Part shown: positions 18,039 through 27,620 of the stretch, one piece after another
Position numbering within the stretch: the stretch's first letter is position 1
How the letters are laid out: each line of letters starts with the position of its first letter
From: a virus
Direction: 5' to 3' (one strand)
Length of the DNA stretch: 64,000 bases
IMG/VR virus record: IMGVR_UViG_3300042389_000994
Location: 2,599 to 66,598 of that record
Notes under the pieces: generated by a model
Seen by the model: the letters and a program-made list of their open reading frames with translations, nothing else
Database searches by the model: none
What the model was told of the DNA's origin: nothing
Program-made: the position numbers and the translations under genes

Positions 18039-19294
18039 AAAAAATAATCACACTTAAAGTGATTCAATGTGTAGTCTTTTTTCTTTATAACCGATGAATA
18101 TATTTTTGATTCTATACCCCCCTTAGAGAACACCCAATATACATCGTTTTTCAATCGGTCAACTGTAGTCATCCTATCCCTTGATTGCCAATAGGAAGTC
18201 GCACTAAAGTCAATGTTGTAGTATACTAAAGCATCAGCCTCACGCAAAGATATACCCTCCCTCCCGGAAACAATTTGAAGTGCTATAATTTTTTCGGGAT
18301 ATGAATTAAACTCCTCAATGCTGGATGTCAATGTGTGTCCGAACACACTTTCAAGTGCATCATATTCTGCCTTAAACTTATAGAATATGGCGATTTTTTT
18401 ACCCTTGAAATAGTCACGGATGAATATGGCTTTCTCGTTGTTAAGAACGGTAGATTTTCCGTTCTCACAAATGACGGTTCCAGAGCATATTTGGTGAACC
18501 TTGCTCATATACTTTGATGCTGTATCGCAAAGAATTGTACCGGAAGCAACATTGGCAACCTTGTGTTTTTTAAGGATACTTAGCAATTGGTATGCCTCTT
18601 GAGGCATATCCGATACAAGGACATGCTCCGTGATTACCGAGTTAAAGCCGGCCTCTTCTTGGGTGTATGGTATAGTGTAGGGGGACATCATGTCTATAAT
18701 AACACTTGATGCATCTGAATAGTCCTTGATGTTGTACCCATTTATTTTTTTCTCCGTTATTCTACAATAAGAATTAGCAAATGAATAAAAATTGCGGCAC
18801 AACCTAAACGGATTTGACGGAATGAAATACACTTGATGATACATCTGCGAATAAGATTCCGGCGTTGGAGTTCCTGATAGTAAAATTACATATGATTTAC
18901 ACCGCTTAACAATAGCGGAAACATCCTTGGCTCTCTTGCTTGGCTTCGGGAATGCCCCCAGGCCGTGTGCTTCATCAAGGATGAGAACATCCCAACACTT
19001 TTTCCCACTCTTGTGCAGGGATTCATAGTTGAGAACATCAACACTAATGAGTAGCGAGCCAAAGTCGGCGATATCTTTCTCAATGCCGGTGATGGCTTTC
19101 TTCTTCGTTAGGAACAAAATATTGAGGGGGCGGTTGGATACCCCTTCTTGCAATGACAGTTTGTGACAGGTCGCTAACGCGGTCAATGTTTTACCGGTCC
19201 TCACCTGCATAGACAAATACAGAAATCCGTATTTACCAAGAATCTCAACGCCTCTACTAGAGATGTTTTCTTGATAGTTCCTTAAAGTAATCAT
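18035..19294 (-). CDS. SF2 (SNF2-like) helicase
   Basis: LRNYQ, TGKT, DEAH, SGTP, REGISL and QSRDR motifs. Confidence 0.85.
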   Translation of the reverse strand: MITLRNYQENISSRGVEILGKYGFLYLSMQVRTGKTLTALATCHKLSLQEGVSNRPLNILFLTKKKAITGIEKDIADFGSLLISVDVLNYESLHKSGKKCWDVLILDEAHGLGAFPKPSKRAKDVSAIVKRCKSYVILLSGTPTPESYSQMYHQVYFIPSNPFRLCRNFYSFANSYCRITEKKINGYNIKDYSDASSVIIDMMSPYTIPYTQEEAGFNSVITEHVLVSDMPQEAYQLLSILKKHKVANVASGTILCDTASKYMSKVHQICSGTVICENGKSTVLNNEKAIFIRDYFKGKKIAIFYKFKAEYDALESVFGHTLTSSIEEFNSYPEKIIALQIVSGREGISLREADALVYYNIDFSATSYWQSRDRMTTVDRLKNDVYWVFSKGGIESKIYSSVIKKKDYTLNHFKCDYFL

Positions 19295-19440
19295 GCGAAT
19301 CCAAAATAATGAAATGCCTGAATGCCTTCAAAATAAGTGGAACTAACCTGCCAGTTCACCTTATTTAGTTCTATAGTGTAACCATAAGTGGTTACAATTC
19401 CATCTAATGGATCAATGGGTGTGTATTTAATTAAAATCAT
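19291..19440 (-). CDS. 49-aa hypothetical protein (not in the ORF track)
   Basis: MILIKYTPIDP...HYFGFA*, with ATGA overlap to the helicase. Confidence 0.5.
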   Translation of the reverse strand: MILIKYTPIDPLDGIVTTYGYTIELNKVNWQVSSTYFEGIQAFHYFGFA

Positions 19441-19708
19441 TGTCTATGAGTTTTACTCCGTACATAACTACAAAAACACTCGTTTCCAAGACCGCGTCAA
19501 TGTATGAAAGATGTGCCTCCGACTGAAAGTGGTCTATGCAAAAATCCCTCCACTGATTAAATTGATCCGTATTCATCTGGTATTTCCTCTTCCAATCGGG
19601 GTCATCAAGTATGGCCTCGTGGGTTATGTTATATCCAGTTATACGAAACAACTCATCAATGCAATTAAGTTTTGCTTTGGCTATTTTTTCTTCTTTGTTG
19701 GACTCCAT
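19427..19708 (-). CDS. Hypothetical protein
   Basis: ORF in the operon orientation, overlapping its neighbours. Confidence 0.65.
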   Translation of the reverse strand: MESNKEEKIAKAKLNCIDELFRITGYNITHEAILDDPDWKRKYQMNTDQFNQWRDFCIDHFQSEAHLSYIDAVLETSVFVVMYGVKLIDNDFN

Positions 19709-19833
19709 TTTACATTATCTACTTGTTTACCACAATAAGGGCAATACGCTCCCCCCTTTATATCAATCATTGATTGCTGGGCCTCGTGTTGGATAAGGCC
19801 GTGCGTTGTGCATTCTCCAATATACTTTCTCAT
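19681..19833 (-). CDS. 50-aa zinc-ribbon-like protein (not in the ORF track)
   Basis: MRKYIGECTTHG...AYCPYCGK. CxxH and CxxC pairs, with ATGA overlap to the MTase stop. Confidence 0.55.
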   Translation of the reverse strand: MRKYIGECTTHGLIQHEAQQSMIDIKGGAYCPYCGKQVDNVKWSPTKKKK

Positions 19834-22172
19834 TTCGTTAGTTCTTCAATGTAGCTAATTCTTTTTCCAATCCAATGCATCACATTTACAGCCATAGAAT
19901 TCCCACAGGCTTTGTATCGTGGGCCATCAGGACATTGGTCAATTGGCTTATTACGGTAAGGAATTTTCGTCCAGTCATCCGGAAATCCCTGCAAGCGTTC
20001 GCATTCCTTGGGGGTCAGCCTTCGGATAGCCATTGAGTGCAACACCGCAGGGGTTTGACATCGTTGCAACTGCGTCTTTTCTTGCAGATTCATTCCTCTC
20101 ATATCTCCACCTGATTGCCAATCAAAGGCCATCGGTTGGGCAACACCATGGACTCCCGTTGCATTCATCGTATACATAGGTCCATCCTCGGTAAATCCAT
20201 CTCCATTGCCGCCATTCATAGGCTGTCTTCCTATAGTGTTTTCCGCTAGGGCTATCGGTTGGGCAACTGCGTGTGGCCCTCTTGCAACCAAGGATGACAT
20301 CGTTTCACTAGCCTCAATCCTCGGCTCGTATTGTGCATTCGGTCCTTGGTTAAATGCGGCTCGATCAATGACGGTTGGGTTTGCCATAGCAATGCAAGGC
20401 CCACTCATCTTCGCGAGGTCAGTCTTGAGTGTTCCAGTCTTTTCAATATCCACTTGAGCGGTTCTCCAATCCACAGCAATGGGTTGAGCGATTGCAATAC
20501 CCCCTTGGTTCTTGGATGGTTCGGGAACCGTTGTGTCAAGCGTCTTGCTTGTTTCAACCTCCCTGCATCCACTATGTGGGTTAGATGATTTCATTGAGTT
20601 GGAAGCAAGGGAATCAAATGAATAAGCAACAGGGTGAGGCACCAATGGCGTGTGACCCCCACCCATCCCCATTGCGGCCGGTAGTGTTGGGCATACATCA
20701 ATGCTAACCCCCTTTTGTGGGTGTTCCCCCGCAAGTACTGGTATTGGATGCATAACCGCATGGCTATTGCCGGTATCAGCAACAAGGGTAGGAGCGTTCT
20801 CCTCCCTATACCCAATCGTTCTTGACTGTGCGCCCTTTGCCACACTAAATGCCGCCGCCTTTGGAACGATGACCGCACCAATATGCTCAGTGCTTGTGTT
20901 GGCCCGAATGGTCTGTGTTGTTTCGCGGTTTATCGTCTGGTTGTAGGTATCCAAAGCGATAGGTTGCATAATTTGTTGATCTTGACTTACGCCAATGGTA
21001 AATGCTTTCTCATCTTGCCCAAGATATCCCTTACCTGCCCTTTTTCCCGGAGTGCCTCCTTGTTCACCCGTTTCAACCTCCGAGCCACCACGAATCTTAA
21101 ATGCGTGAACAACAACATCCGTACTACGGATATCTCCCTGATCAAAACAGTTAATTGTATTAACTTTCTCGTCCTCCTCCCAGGTTTCAAAGTCTTCGGA
21201 ATCCTTTGCCCTCCTCACCTTACGGAAATGAGCAACATGAGGGGATTGATCATTATGCATCGCCTTAATCGTTCCCGAAATCTCTTCGCTAGGTTCGGGG
21301 CCAAATCCTCTCAAGTAATGAGATGGGGCAAACGATACCGCTGCTGGCTCTATAACAGCACCAAGGTTATTGGAGTCCGGCATCCTTTGTGCCCCATTTG
21401 CGTTGGAGCAAGTGAGTGTGGGTGCGGTTTGCTCACCATTCCACCAAGAGGGAATCAAGTGGCCATTGTTGACCGATTGATGGGTTAACTTTCCTCCTCC
21501 GCATTCGGTGTCAAGGCTTCCGATGACATTTGGGACGCTTGGTCCTCCAACGCCTTGCGTAGGACTTCCGGAAGCTTTTTTCCCCTTCTTTCGGCTCTGC
21601 TTAAAATCCCCCGACAAGCACGACTGCTCAAATAATACTGCCGCGGCAGCTCTCCAGTTTCCAAGACATCCGACAACAAACACTCGCCTTCTCCGTTGAG
21701 GCACTGCTCCTGGCCCTCCGACGTATTGAGCGTCAAGAACCCGGTAGGCGAACCCATACCCGAGCTCCCCCAACGCCCCAAGGAAGGTTCCAAAATCTTT
21801 TCCTCCGTTAGATGACAAGACGCCGGGGACATTTTCCCAGAGAATCCATTTGGGCTTCTTTGCATCAGCCAATGAGAGAAAGGTAAGCATGAGGTTTCCT
21901 CGTGGGTCAGCAAGTCCTTTGCGAAGTCCTGCGACACTGAATGACTGGCAGGGGGTTCCTCCGACCAGAAGGTTAATTGATTTGTCATTGAAAATAGGGT
22001 TTTGGGTTAATTGAGTCATATCGCCCAAATTGGGCACATTAGGAAAACGATACTTTAACACCTCGCTTGGGAAGTGGTCAATTTCGGAGTACCATTGGGC
22101 CTCCCATCCAAGGGAGTGCCACGCAACCGAAGCGGCCTCTATACCGCTACAAACAGAGCCATACTTTATCAT
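19830..22172 (-). CDS. DNA (cytosine-5) methyltransferase with ~13 tandem TRD-like modules
   Basis: CSGIEA (I), GGTPCQSFS (IV), ENVPG (VI), QRRRRVF (VIII), RRLTPKECERLQGFP (IX), GNS (X). The variable region is about 500 aa. Confidence 0.92.
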   Translation of the reverse strand: MIKYGSVCSGIEAASVAWHSLGWEAQWYSEIDHFPSEVLKYRFPNVPNLGDMTQLTQNPIFNDKSINLLVGGTPCQSFSVAGLRKGLADPRGNLMLTFLSLADAKKPKWILWENVPGVLSSNGGKDFGTFLGALGELGYGFAYRVLDAQYVGGPGAVPQRRRRVFVVGCLGNWRAAAAVLFEQSCLSGDFKQSRKKGKKASGSPTQGVGGPSVPNVIGSLDTECGGGKLTHQSVNNGHLIPSWWNGEQTAPTLTCSNANGAQRMPDSNNLGAVIEPAAVSFAPSHYLRGFGPEPSEEISGTIKAMHNDQSPHVAHFRKVRRAKDSEDFETWEEDEKVNTINCFDQGDIRSTDVVVHAFKIRGGSEVETGEQGGTPGKRAGKGYLGQDEKAFTIGVSQDQQIMQPIALDTYNQTINRETTQTIRANTSTEHIGAVIVPKAAAFSVAKGAQSRTIGYREENAPTLVADTGNSHAVMHPIPVLAGEHPQKGVSIDVCPTLPAAMGMGGGHTPLVPHPVAYSFDSLASNSMKSSNPHSGCREVETSKTLDTTVPEPSKNQGGIAIAQPIAVDWRTAQVDIEKTGTLKTDLAKMSGPCIAMANPTVIDRAAFNQGPNAQYEPRIEASETMSSLVARGPHAVAQPIALAENTIGRQPMNGGNGDGFTEDGPMYTMNATGVHGVAQPMAFDWQSGGDMRGMNLQEKTQLQRCQTPAVLHSMAIRRLTPKECERLQGFPDDWTKIPYRNKPIDQCPDGPRYKACGNSMAVNVMHWIGKRISYIEELTK
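21485..21988 (-). CDS. Overprinted alternative-frame ORF resembling the M.EcoHK31I beta polypeptide
   Basis: 167-aa ATG ORF nested in the MTase gene, ending LSDVLE..PRQYYLSSRACRGILSRAERRGKKLP..L..AL. The similarity is from recall of the beta-subunit family. Confidence 0.65.
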   Translation of the reverse strand: MTNQLTFWSEEPPASHSVSQDFAKDLLTHEETSCLPFSHWLMQRSPNGFSGKMSPASCHLTEEKILEPSLGRWGSSGMGSPTGFLTLNTSEGQEQCLNGEGECLLSDVLETGELPRQYYLSSRACRGILSRAERRGKKLPEVLRKALEDQASQMSSEALTPNAEEES

Positions 22173-22181
22173 AGTTTTAAA

Positions 22182-24620
22182 TTAAAAGGGTGGGTTTTCA
22201 TTTATGTCGGACACACTATTGTTGTTAGTGAACATTGGATTGGGTTTAAAAATAATATACCTTCCACCAAGATCTCTACCCTCTTCGGGTGATGTTCCAT
22301 ATTTATATACAGAATATGATGCAAGCCATCGGTAAAACCTTGTCCTGCTAATTGTAAGTTTTGCTTTCGGGCCAAAGTCCGGGTTGTCATTGATGAAATC
22401 ATCATACAGCACCTGCTTGTATACCCTTTCCCTTGATGACAGTAATGGATTCTCCGTGTGTCCAGGCAGAACACCACACCACTCAATGAACTCATGGCAT
22501 GTTTCAGCAGAAAACTGTCTTGTCTTTAGGTTGACGAACTCACTCTTGACTAGGCCGGTTTCAAGGTAGGACTTTAGACAACGAATCATATAGTTATCAA
22601 AGTTGTTCCATTCCGTTTCACCCCAATCACTAAACATTAACTTACCAAAGTCATCCAATGGAGTGAAATCCTTTCGGTAGTGCTGGAACAATTCAAGCTC
22701 CCACTTTCTTCTTGCGAATGAATTCCCTGCCCCCTTGATGGCGTAGTTCGTTGTAATTGCAATCTTTGGAGAACGAGAGAAAGGAATCTTGATGGCATCC
22801 TTGTTTTTCTTCTCAAGGGTCAAGCCTTCGGTGATTACCGAAAACAGCCTTTCAAATTCAAAACTTTTTCTCGTGTCATCAAAGCTTATGATTTGAGTGT
22901 CGGCACTAACTAATTGGTAGGCAAATGATTTTTCAAAATTGAATGCCTTACCGTCTATAGTAACTAGTTTCTTCAACTTGCCAACGCCGGTCATAAAGAG
23001 TCCCTTACCGGTCCCTCCCTCTGGGTTATCACTTATCTCTTCATCATTTAAGATAACAGCAGGACAGAACCCAAGGTTCTTGTAGCCGTGCAAGAGAAAC
23101 CCAATGGTGGACTCCATTGACTTAACCCTTGACTCATCTTTTCTGCAAATATTTGTTATGAACTTTTGATAATCAGTCGGGACATCCCCATCCACAATGC
23201 TTATGTTTCTGTCAATAATATGGTCTTTCCAAACATATCCGCCAAGATCAAAATAGTCTATGCACTCAATTGATTCATTCGTCACACGGATGGCGCAATT
23301 CCTGTAGTATAGGTAAGCCTCGCCCTTGGTGTCCTCAACCAAACTTATGTTCACATTAGCCAAGAGCGAAAGGAAGTCCTCCTTGAAATACTTGGTGTTT
23401 TCGGCGAAGTAGTTATACACATCCATATCGCCTACCTCATAAAGGTAATCAAGCACAAAGTCTTTGATTTGCTTTTCTCCACTATGCTCAATCAAGTTGT
23501 ATGTCACTCGCACAAACAGGTAGCTCGTGCTTCCCTCCGGTGAGTACTTGTAGAATCCGTTCTCTTCAAGAAATTTCTTGAATGCAATATGGACTATTTT
23601 GATTGAGCCATTCTTCGGTGATCTTTCCCAAAACTTAACTACATTTTGTGTCAATGTTTGAAGGACATTGTCAATCGTAGCGGAATCAATATTGTCCCCC
23701 TCTAATTGGTTCCGCAGTTCTTTTTTTGTGACACCTCTCCTATAGGATGCCCGCAGGTCATTCATCCGTTCATCATCCTCGTAATACTTGGTTCCAAAGT
23801 TTTGGCTATGGGAGTATGCACTGTCTACCGTTCTCTTGATTTCTGATTGCTTAAAATCATTTGACGAGTATTGATTTAAAATATGTAAGGCCAAACTTTT
23901 ATTAACCCCGAAATCATTAAATGCAGATGCTAATACATAGGCATTGTGATTCCTCTGCCCCTCTGCCATCGGGTATTTCATTGTCCACCATTTGAGCAGA
24001 ATGTCAACAATTTTGGACTCATCACGAATCGGTATGCTGCTTAAATTGAGTGAACCGGTATGTTGCTCTTTATCTCTGCGATCCATATTCTCCCAAAGCA
24101 ATGACCCCTCATTGATGTAAATGCTTGGGTCATGGGACTCGTAGCAGACACGACTCAGGTTTGATGAGGTCTTATCAAAGTAGGGCGAACTAAAGTGGTT
24201 CTCAAGGCTATTAAAATAAGCCTTGTGGTCGTCTATGTCGGGAGGGATTCGCACCAACACCTTGAGCCCATCACCCGATGGGGATATAAATACCGCATAG
24301 ACATACTCATCCTTGGCAAGAAAAGACTTGTAGGCAAGCATTGCCTTGTTTGTTTCAAATGCATCAAAGTCCAAGCAAATCAACCCGGAATGCTCTATGA
24401 TTGCATTGTCTGCTCGCTTGGAGAAAGTCCCCGAAAAGCAGATGGCCGGCAATTGCTTCTTGAGTTCATTGCGGTCATTCTTTTTATCAACCGACCGAAT
24501 CTTGCGGACGAGCTCTGCCGAAGACCCGATCTTAATTCGGTCAAGTATAAACGAGATATCCTTGTGATAGGGCGTATTCGTTTCGTGTATGTTTTTGAAG
24601 ATTGTGACAGTATTTGCCAT
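22182..24620 (-). CDS. Primase-helicase (BT4734/VirE-N-like primase, PriCT, P-loop helicase)
   Basis: KKQLPAICFSG..HSGLICLDFD..FISPSGDGLK; EGQRN; GGTGKG; ISFDD; TTN. Confidence 0.85.
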   Translation of the reverse strand: MANTVTIFKNIHETNTPYHKDISFILDRIKIGSSAELVRKIRSVDKKNDRNELKKQLPAICFSGTFSKRADNAIIEHSGLICLDFDAFETNKAMLAYKSFLAKDEYVYAVFISPSGDGLKVLVRIPPDIDDHKAYFNSLENHFSSPYFDKTSSNLSRVCYESHDPSIYINEGSLLWENMDRRDKEQHTGSLNLSSIPIRDESKIVDILLKWWTMKYPMAEGQRNHNAYVLASAFNDFGVNKSLALHILNQYSSNDFKQSEIKRTVDSAYSHSQNFGTKYYEDDERMNDLRASYRRGVTKKELRNQLEGDNIDSATIDNVLQTLTQNVVKFWERSPKNGSIKIVHIAFKKFLEENGFYKYSPEGSTSYLFVRVTYNLIEHSGEKQIKDFVLDYLYEVGDMDVYNYFAENTKYFKEDFLSLLANVNISLVEDTKGEAYLYYRNCAIRVTNESIECIDYFDLGGYVWKDHIIDRNISIVDGDVPTDYQKFITNICRKDESRVKSMESTIGFLLHGYKNLGFCPAVILNDEEISDNPEGGTGKGLFMTGVGKLKKLVTIDGKAFNFEKSFAYQLVSADTQIISFDDTRKSFEFERLFSVITEGLTLEKKNKDAIKIPFSRSPKIAITTNYAIKGAGNSFARRKWELELFQHYRKDFTPLDDFGKLMFSDWGETEWNNFDNYMIRCLKSYLETGLVKSEFVNLKTRQFSAETCHEFIEWCGVLPGHTENPLLSSRERVYKQVLYDDFINDNPDFGPKAKLTISRTRFYRWLASYSVYKYGTSPEEGRDLGGRYIIFKPNPMFTNNNSVSDINENPPF

Positions 24621-24643
24621 CTAATTCCTTTTTTTATTTATCC

Positions 24644-24768
24644 TTGTCATCTGATTATCAATACAATGTCAATTATGTCAATTTTTTCTCTATTATATAT
24701 TGGGAAGAAAAATAAAAGTAATATATATATAAGAGAAAAACCAAGAAAAAATCCGCATTTCTGACATG
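24644..24768. other. Origin-like element, copy 1
   Basis: TTGTCATCTGATTATCA..ATGTCAATTATG..AT-rich core..AAAAATCCGCATTTCTGACATG, repeated at 35015-35142. Confidence 0.6.
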
Positions 24769-24771
24769 GGG

Positions 24772-24809
24772 AAAAAAATGGGGAGGTGTGTCGGACACAC
24801 CATCCCCAT
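24772..24809 (-). terminator. Intrinsic terminator whose stem top is a perfect dispersed palindrome
   Basis: Minus strand reads ATGGGGATGGTGTGTCCGACACACCTCCCCAT followed by a T run. Confidence 0.75.
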
Positions 24810-24830
24810 ATTCACCATACCTACACCCTT

Positions 24831-25097
24831 CTAGTAGGGAGCATCATCCCCTTGAGGACTTTGCCCAGGCGAATCCTGTTGCTTATCTTGTGGAACATAG
24901 GTGTCCACCTGCATATAGGTTTTGCCTCCCTTTGACCGTTTGATGTCAAGTGTTAACCATCCATCCTTGGCCTGTTCATTAATGAATTCAATGGCTTCAT
25001 CAACTTTGAATTTTACTTTGCCAATCACATAGGATGGCGCTCTGTCGGATGGGTCTTTGAAAAAGATCCCGCGTGAAAAAATTGTGTTGTCACTCAT
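24831..25097 (-). CDS. Probable single-stranded DNA-binding protein
   Basis: Small beta-rich protein with an acidic DDAPY tail, between recombinase and primase genes. Confidence 0.6.
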   Translation of the reverse strand: MSDNTIFSRGIFFKDPSDRAPSYVIGKVKFKVDEAIEFINEQAKDGWLTLDIKRSKGGKTYMQVDTYVPQDKQQDSPGQSPQGDDAPY

Positions 25098-25107
25098 TTT
25101 GTTTTTT

Positions 25108-25872
25108 TTAGAGGGTTGAAAGAAAAGTTAATTGGGTGATGTCTTTTGTTGGCTCATGGCCATAGTATGTATCATAAAGCTCAATCGCTGACTGGACCTT
25201 GTTGGCCCCACGCTCCAAGAATTCCTCACTGCAATCATAGATTCCAATGAGCCCGGTTGGCTTATCAATGGCGATGAATTTAACCGGCCGGCCAAAGATG
25301 GTTGAGTAAATGTAGGCTTGGCTGTCATAGTGGTATTTCCGGGCAGAAAATCGGAAGTCATTGATTGACGATGTTGTCTTAATGTCATAAATGAAATCCG
25401 ATGTGATTACATCCGCTCGCCCTTTGAATAGTTTACCACAAATTTCACCAATGCCAGGTTGCTCATAGGTGGCCCCATCATCATAGATCAAGTCATAGAC
25501 TAAAAGGTTTCCTTTTAGGATTGTGGCAAGGTTGTGCATCTCTATAGCCTCTGATTTAAGCAGAAGGATTTCAGCGCCCTCACGGGCAACTGTTTCCTTA
25601 TACTCTTTTGTGTTCCTCGTAGATGCATCCACGATTGTGTACTCGTGGGCTCTCTCCGGTTCAAGCATCAAGGTGTGAAGAAATGACCCTTCAATCATTG
25701 CTTTCGTCTTCTCCCTCGGATTCCCGAAATTCTTCGGGTCATCAAGCAGCATGCCGATGTCGGAGTTAGAAAAGAACTTTTGACCCATCTCGCCATAGTA
25801 GTTGGCCGGGTCCTTCAGGCCATTAAGAAAGCCTGGAATAGTGTTGCTGGAGTTTGTTGTGAGTTTCTTCAT
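25108..25872 (-). CDS. RecE-like PD-(D/E)xK exonuclease
   Basis: YY..SNS, GS.LH..MLEP, KGRAD..YDIKTT, Y..QAYIY. Confidence 0.8.
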   Translation of the reverse strand: MKKLTTNSSNTIPGFLNGLKDPANYYGEMGQKFFSNSDIGMLLDDPKNFGNPREKTKAMIEGSFLHTLMLEPERAHEYTIVDASTRNTKEYKETVAREGAEILLLKSEAIEMHNLATILKGNLLVYDLIYDDGATYEQPGIGEICGKLFKGRADVITSDFIYDIKTTSSINDFRFSARKYHYDSQAYIYSTIFGRPVKFIAIDKPTGLIGIYDCSEEFLERGANKVQSAIELYDTYYGHEPTKDITQLTFLSTL

Positions 25873-26476
25873 TGATTTTGTATTTACTTTTTAGGTTGTT
25901 AATGATTTTTTCAAATGGTAAGCTTTCCCTGACTGTATCAATGTAGGCCGTGACCTTGGCCCACACTTGCTTATTTGACTCCAATAGGTTAACCAACTCC
26001 TCTACCGGAGGGGCCGGCTGTCGTGATGGTGCTGCCGTTCTTGCATCGCCCTCTTCATCTTTGATCCATAATTGAATCCCGATACCGTGCATTGCAATGG
26101 CTTTGGCTGTGCTTCGTTGGATGGTCTTATTTACATCGTGGCTCGTAACTTTCTCCAATGGAATGGAGTTGTTGCGAAAGTCCATCACCGGAAGCATATC
26201 AATATGCTCAATGCCATTGACCAAGATACCCACCTTGACATAGGCTGTCTTGCCATCGGTGAAATAATTGAGGCCGGTGACTGGCGACTCATAGATGATT
26301 CGCTGTGCATCCGGGAACTCGCTCTTCAACAGGTCCCAGGCATTGGCCCAAGATAGATAACTAAGGTTTCCCTTCTTGTTAATCTTTGGGGCAATGTTGA
26401 TGCTGTTTAGTTTGCGGTAGTAATTTGTTGGTGTGTCTAACACACTCAACTCTTCTGCATTTTGTTTACCTCGCAT
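25823..26476 (-). CDS. Sak/DUF1071-like ssDNA annealing protein
   Basis: KKGNLSYLSWANAW, LPVMDFRN, QRSTAKAIAMHGIG. Confidence 0.8.
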   Translation of the reverse strand: MRGKQNAEELSVLDTPTNYYRKLNSINIAPKINKKGNLSYLSWANAWDLLKSEFPDAQRIIYESPVTGLNYFTDGKTAYVKVGILVNGIEHIDMLPVMDFRNNSIPLEKVTSHDVNKTIQRSTAKAIAMHGIGIQLWIKDEEGDARTAAPSRQPAPPVEELVNLLESNKQVWAKVTAYIDTVRESLPFEKIINNLKSKYKINEETHNKLQQHYSRLS

Positions 26477-26802
26477 AGTTTTTCTTTAAGTTTTGTTATT
26501 AATTGATTATTCGGTTTTAAATACTTTTCGTAACGTAATAATTTTTTTGAGAGCAATTCACTAGCAACTTCAACGATTCCATCCTCATACCCAAGGCTAT
26601 GGAGTAGATCGACCATTGGAATGGAAAGCCTGTCATAGTACTCACCACCGCTATGGCTGGTCTTGTACTCATAACCCAATCCGCTCTTAATGATGTAAAC
26701 CCCATAGAACTCAACCGTTGTTTCTAAATCACCGCCACGGATGATTCTTGCTCTTGTACTTGATATGGCTTGTTGCCACAATTCATCTGGTGTGTAAGGC
26801 AT
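26446..26802 (-). CDS. Hypothetical protein
   Basis: ORF overlapping its neighbours in the operon. Confidence 0.55.
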   Translation of the reverse strand: MPYTPDELWQQAISSTRARIIRGGDLETTVEFYGVYIIKSGLGYEYKTSHSGGEYYDRLSIPMVDLLHSLGYEDGIVEVASELLSKKLLRYEKYLKPNNQLITKLKEKLCEVNKMQKS

Positions 26803-27095
26803 TTCTTATAAATTCTATTTGTGAAATCTTCAATATGCTTCGCTCGTCGCATTTGCATAATCTTGTTGACACCGTGAATGATCGTTGAGTGCGGCGCACG
26901 ATAATCATTGCGAAAAAAGAAGTCGCTAATTTTTGAATTCTTTACACCAAGTTGATACATCAACCAGAAAGAAAAGTGTCTTGCGGTCGCAAGTGGTTGA
27001 TCTTTTCTTTTCGTGAAGAAATCTTTGCGAGTATAACCAAGCTCATCGCATACGATGTCAATGACTTGGAATAGGTTTTCATTAGAGATTAGCAT
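26724..27095 (-). CDS. Second DnaA domain IV-like HTH protein
   Basis: IVCDELG..KRKDQPLATARH..HSTIIHGVNKI. Confidence 0.7.
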   Translation of the reverse strand: MLISNENLFQVIDIVCDELGYTRKDFFTKRKDQPLATARHFSFWLMYQLGVKNSKISDFFFRNDYRAPHSTIIHGVNKIMQMRRAKHIEDFTNRIYKKCLTHQMNCGNKPYQVQEQESSVAVI

Positions 27096-27232
27096 AATAG
27101 TTTTTTGGCTTCCAAAACATGTGAGAGTAAAACATAATTGATTCTAAAAGCAGACTTGATGTCGCAAGGGCCGGGCAACTCGGCCTTAATCACTTGTTTG
27201 CGGATGTATAGTTGCCAAATCCTAAAATTCAT
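27089..27232 (-). CDS. Possible 47-aa protein
   Basis: MNFRIWQ...KKLLC* fills the gap between two - genes. Confidence 0.35.
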   Translation of the reverse strand: MNFRIWQLYIRKQVIKAELPGPCDIKSAFRINYVLLSHVLEAKKLLC

Positions 27233-27237
27233 ACTGT

Positions 27238-27561
27238 TCATCTTTGAGATAATTTATCAAGACCCTTAACTAAATCAAGCAATGATTTCAATTGAGCGTT
27301 TGCGTCCTCTAATTTTTTCTTAAAGATTGTATCAGCAATAATGATGGCAACAATATAGCCGCTCATCATCATCTTGATATGCATCTGATCAATCTCAATT
27401 TCATCGGCCGGTGTGTGTGTTCGGTTGATCATGTGCATCAAGGCCTGCTCAAGCGACTCGCAATCATCCGATTTAAGGAAGCCCGTTGCCTCGTCAATCT
27501 CTTGCGTTAACCATCCATCCGGAAGGCCAAGTTTTTTTTCTAAATTTTGAATGTTTTCCAT
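27238..27561 (-). CDS. Hypothetical protein
   Basis: ORF directly downstream of a promoter box. Confidence 0.65.
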   Translation of the reverse strand: MENIQNLEKKLGLPDGWLTQEIDEATGFLKSDDCESLEQALMHMINRTHTPADEIEIDQMHIKMMMSGYIVAIIIADTIFKKKLEDANAQLKSLLDLVKGLDKLSQR

Positions 27562-27570
27562 TTTGTTGAA

Positions 27571-27620
27571 TTGTGGTTTAATAGTACAAATATAATTACT
27601 TTTTAAGCATTTTCCTCAAT
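27571..27620 (-). promoter_or_regulatory. Bacteroidota-type promoter
   Basis: TATATTTG at 27594-27587, followed by AACCACAA at 27578-27571. Confidence 0.6.

Noticed and set aside
24195-24764. 189-aa + ORF whose C-terminus resembles that of 34698-35138
   Set aside because: The similarity comes from the duplicated non-coding element, and the ORF is antisense to the primase.
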